64,000 bases of DNA. Origin: the human T2T-CHM13v2.0 reference genome, Homo sapiens. Below the pieces are notes generated by a model. It made no database searches and was not told the DNA's origin. It saw only the letters and a program-made list of their open reading frames with translations. Location of the stretch: NCBI RefSeq assembly GCF_009914755.1, contig NC_060932.1; one strand, 5' to 3'. Below are positions 60,798 to 64,000 of this stretch, in pieces. Position numbers and translations under genes: made by a program. Positions within the stretch are counted from its first letter, which is position 1; each line of letters opens with the position of its first letter.

Positions 60798-63122
60798 CCA
60801 AAAGAAGTTGATTTTTAAGCCGATGATTCAACTTAGTGTAGACATATTAATTAATAAAAGTAAAACTTCATCATGATATGACTACATATTTAAATATTAC
60901 TCATTTATGAATGGTTAATATACTGGTACACACCATAATTTGTTTCATATTGATGATGTAAAATCTCATGTAGGAAAAGTGTAATAAAACCACCTTGGCC
61001 TATGATGAAAGAAGTATTAATGAAGGGGAGTCATTTTTTTCAATCACTGGGAAGACAGCCCAAAGGGATAAAGCACTGTATATATATTATATGTCAGAAT
61101 CAATCTTAAAAACTCTATTTCCTGACCTTTGCAATAAAACCCAGTCACCTATTTGTACTCTTACTTAGCACCTTCATAATATGTGCTGTCATGTAATGTT
61201 CTTACCTTAAGTCCGTATACTGAAAATAGGCCAATAGCAGATTTAATAGAAAAAAGTCGAGTGGGTGCACACAAGGCCAAATCTATTTACAATTTAATTA
61301 CAGGATCTAGAATCAACTTATGATATTAAAAACCTATTATATTAAAGGTTCCATTACATTCTACAAACCACTGTTTTCTCATTTAGCAGAATATACTCTT
61401 CATAACAACTCTTCAAATTATGAGGCTAAGAAAGGCTACCATATTTTCTAGTAGGCCAGAGAGTGATGGAGAAGTTATTCAAAATCTGTTGTTCTGATCT
61501 CCAGCTCTGTGCTGTTTCCACACCACTGAGCAAAAGCAGAGTCTGTGGATGTGAGGATGAGGAGGAAAGACTGTAGACTGCATTCATTCTGAGCCATGTA
61601 AAAGAAGAAGGCATATCAGCTCAGTTCAAAGACTTTCATTCCTGGTTCTTAATGTTGTTAAGTTCTGCTCTGTGAATAAAATCAAATATAACAAAAATAC
61701 CAAGTCACCTCAGACCTTGAAATGAAATTTCATGGCTTCAAAAATACTAAGCCATTATTTCAGCACGAGCTAATTCCTTGCCATGACATTAGGGCATAAG
61801 GCTTTTTCATAATAGTTAAAATTTTCACTCTCAATGTAAATGTTATTTTTGAAAATGAGACTAATGTTTTATGTTGCCTAACACTGGCAATATACTTACC
61901 AACTATCTCTGAGGAATGCACTGAGCATAGGGATGGTTGTAGAAAATTACACAATTGAGGCCTGAATGCACGTTTAGCACTGTGGGTTACGCTTTGCTTC
62001 CAACAACTCCTCAATCATTGTAAAAATTTAAGAAAAAAAATTTAAATGCTCACAAAGAAAAGAATTCATTCACATATCCACTATATCAGAGTTCAGCATT
62101 TATACTCATTGTGTGGTTGTTATATATTTAAGTTTATTTAGTATTCATAAATGCCTGCATTATATGTTCTTAGAGAAATAAAAATAACTATTTTTCTTAA
62201 AGGCATACAAACTTATAAAGTGCTTAATAATCAGTATTACATTTTTTCTATGTTTTTTTTTCAGTATAGTGAATGGTTTTATTTAAAAAATAATGTTATG
62301 TTTAAAGTAATACTTTCTCATGATAATATGTTATGGTTATTGAAATTTTTAAAATACAGGACCACAGATACTAATATAAAGTATTAGTAATATAAAGTGC
62401 AGCTATAATCAGACATCTAATTCCAGCAATGTAGAAGACTACTTGCCCAAATAGCCTTTGTAATACATTACAAATTAAAGAATAAAAAACTGGATACAAA
62501 TATCCTCTTTATGTAGAGTTGAGTTGACAACAAAGTAAGAGGAATCCAGAGAGGCAGAAACAATGAATTGGACAGGCACTGAAGCCACAGAGCCAAGGGC
62601 TCACAGCCTCCTTGATCCTCCATAGCCCAAGTATCTGCATTTAAATGGGCTTCACGAGGAAAAGAAGAGAAAGTCTAGGTCCTGAGAAGGTGGGAAATCA
62701 GTATGGGAATCTCCCACAAAAACAATTTCCAAAAGGTGATTTTCTCTAGGAAAGAACTAACTATGAAGAGAAGAAAGTAACCAAAGAATGAGACAGTGGG
62801 GAAACTTTGATGTTTTGGCTTATATGGAAGGAGGAAAACAGCTTTAATAAAGCATTTCCAATGACAGGCTGGTTACAAGGCATCTTTTAGACTAGAATCC
62901 ACTCTACTTCTAATGCCAAAAGACCTAAGCCCAGCATTAACTTTAAGAAGCTCCCACTGGTGACCCTTCCTAGTTATCTGACAGAAAGAAGGCCTAAATC
63001 AAAACCTCAAAAATCCCACAGATCAAATTTTATTGATTGTGATATCACAATTTTCAAAGTCACATGAAATAAGAAGATATAAGCCATTGTGAGCAAATTT
63101 TAGAAGAAACAATAAACACCAG

Positions 63123-63504
63123 TGTTTTTGTCTGTTCTCATATCGCTACAGAGAACTACCTGAGACTGGGTAACTTATAATGAAAAGAGGTTTAATTGGC
63201 TCATGGTTCCACAGGTTGTACAGGAAGCATGGCTGGGGAGGCCTCAGGAAACTTACAATCATATGGGAAGTCAAAGGGGAATCAGACATGTGCTATATAG
63301 CTGGAGCAGGAGGAAGAGAGAGAAACGGGATGTGCTACACAGTTTTAAACAACAAAATCTCATGAGAACTCACTCACTATCATGAGAACAGCAAGCAGAA
63401 AATCTGTCGCCATGATCCAATTACCTCCCACCACTCATCCTCCAACATTGGGGGTTGCAATTTGGCATGAGATTTGGGTGGGGACACAAATCCAAACCAT
63501 ATCA
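63123..63504 (-). mobile_element. MST (MSTA-like) MaLR solo LTR
   Basis: tgt...tacctgagactgggtaa...gagatttgggtggggacacaaatccaaaccatatca. TSD accag (63118-63122) / accaa (63505-63509). Confidence 0.92.
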
Positions 63505-63758
63505 ACCAATAACAAAGTAGCAAAGATTCCAGATGGAATAACAGATTTTAAAAGGCAAATGATAGAAAAGTAGTGAACTTTTATTAGTCTAAGACGAAAC
63601 AGACTTTAAGACCAAAAGGCTTTCTTGAGATCAAACATGAAAGTTTAATTCACCAGGAGGGGAGAACAATCCTAAACTTACCTAAACATAGTAACATAAC
63701 TTTAAAATATATAAAGTCAAAAATGAAAGAACTACAAGGAGAAATTGACATATCTGGA

Positions 63759-63911
63759 ATTAACTTTAAGAAGGTCCCATTGGTGACCCTTCTCAGGTGT
63801 ATGACAAAATCAAGGGCCAAATCAAAGCCTCAAAAAATCCCACAGATAAAATTTTATTGATCATGATATCACAATCCTCAACATCACATGAAATATGAAG
63901 ATAGAAGCCAT
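63759..63911 (+). repeat. Direct copy of 62936-63087 (about 85% identical by hand count)
   Basis: Both begin attaactttaagaag and end aagccat, with about 23 differences in 153 columns. Confidence 0.92.
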
Positions 63912-64000
63912 CTTTGGGGTAATTTCAATGCAGCTGTCTTTAATGTCGATAGGAAGTGTGTGAAAGATTTGAACCACACAAACTGCAAGGTGAAACTGCA

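Larger units (their letters stand above)
62410..64000 (+). mobile_element. Old L1M remnant (5' region, then ORF2 EN), interrupted by an MST LTR
   Basis: 5'-end-like gacatctaattccagcaatg. EN-like aacagactttaagaccaaa, taattcaccaggag, acaatcctaaac, gaactacaaggagaaattgaca. Confidence 0.65.

Noticed and set aside
60718-62146. Similar ~26-mers tatatttataagtttattagtatt and tatatttaagtttatttagtatt
   Set aside because: Low-complexity AT-rich sequence where a chance match is likely.

Overview
AT-rich, CpG-poor primate genomic DNA, most likely human, since it carries an L1 with the L1HS-lineage ACG 3'UTR diagnostic. It is intronic or intergenic and is dominated by interspersed repeats: Alus, L1s of many ages, L2, MIR, MaLR/ERVL LTRs, an ERVL pol remnant and hAT MITEs. 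I can support no host protein-coding exon, RNA gene or CRISPR array. Every recognisable ORF in the track is L1-, Alu- or ERV-derived. I found no new biological system. The best observations concern retrotransposon structure. (1) Two inverted L1s 8 kb apart share two non-consensus substitutions, suggesting gene conversion. (2) A young L1 has no TSD and an intact ORF2 C-terminus. (3) A 14-bp TSD-like repeat brackets a tail-less L1PB plus about 580 bp of foreign sequence. (4) A near full-length twin-primed L1PA6 has its promoter moved to the middle of the element. (5) There are four 5'-inverted L1s in the window. (6) A 152-bp segment is duplicated inside an old L1. Subfamily calls come from remembered consensus features and need RepeatMasker/Dfam confirmation.
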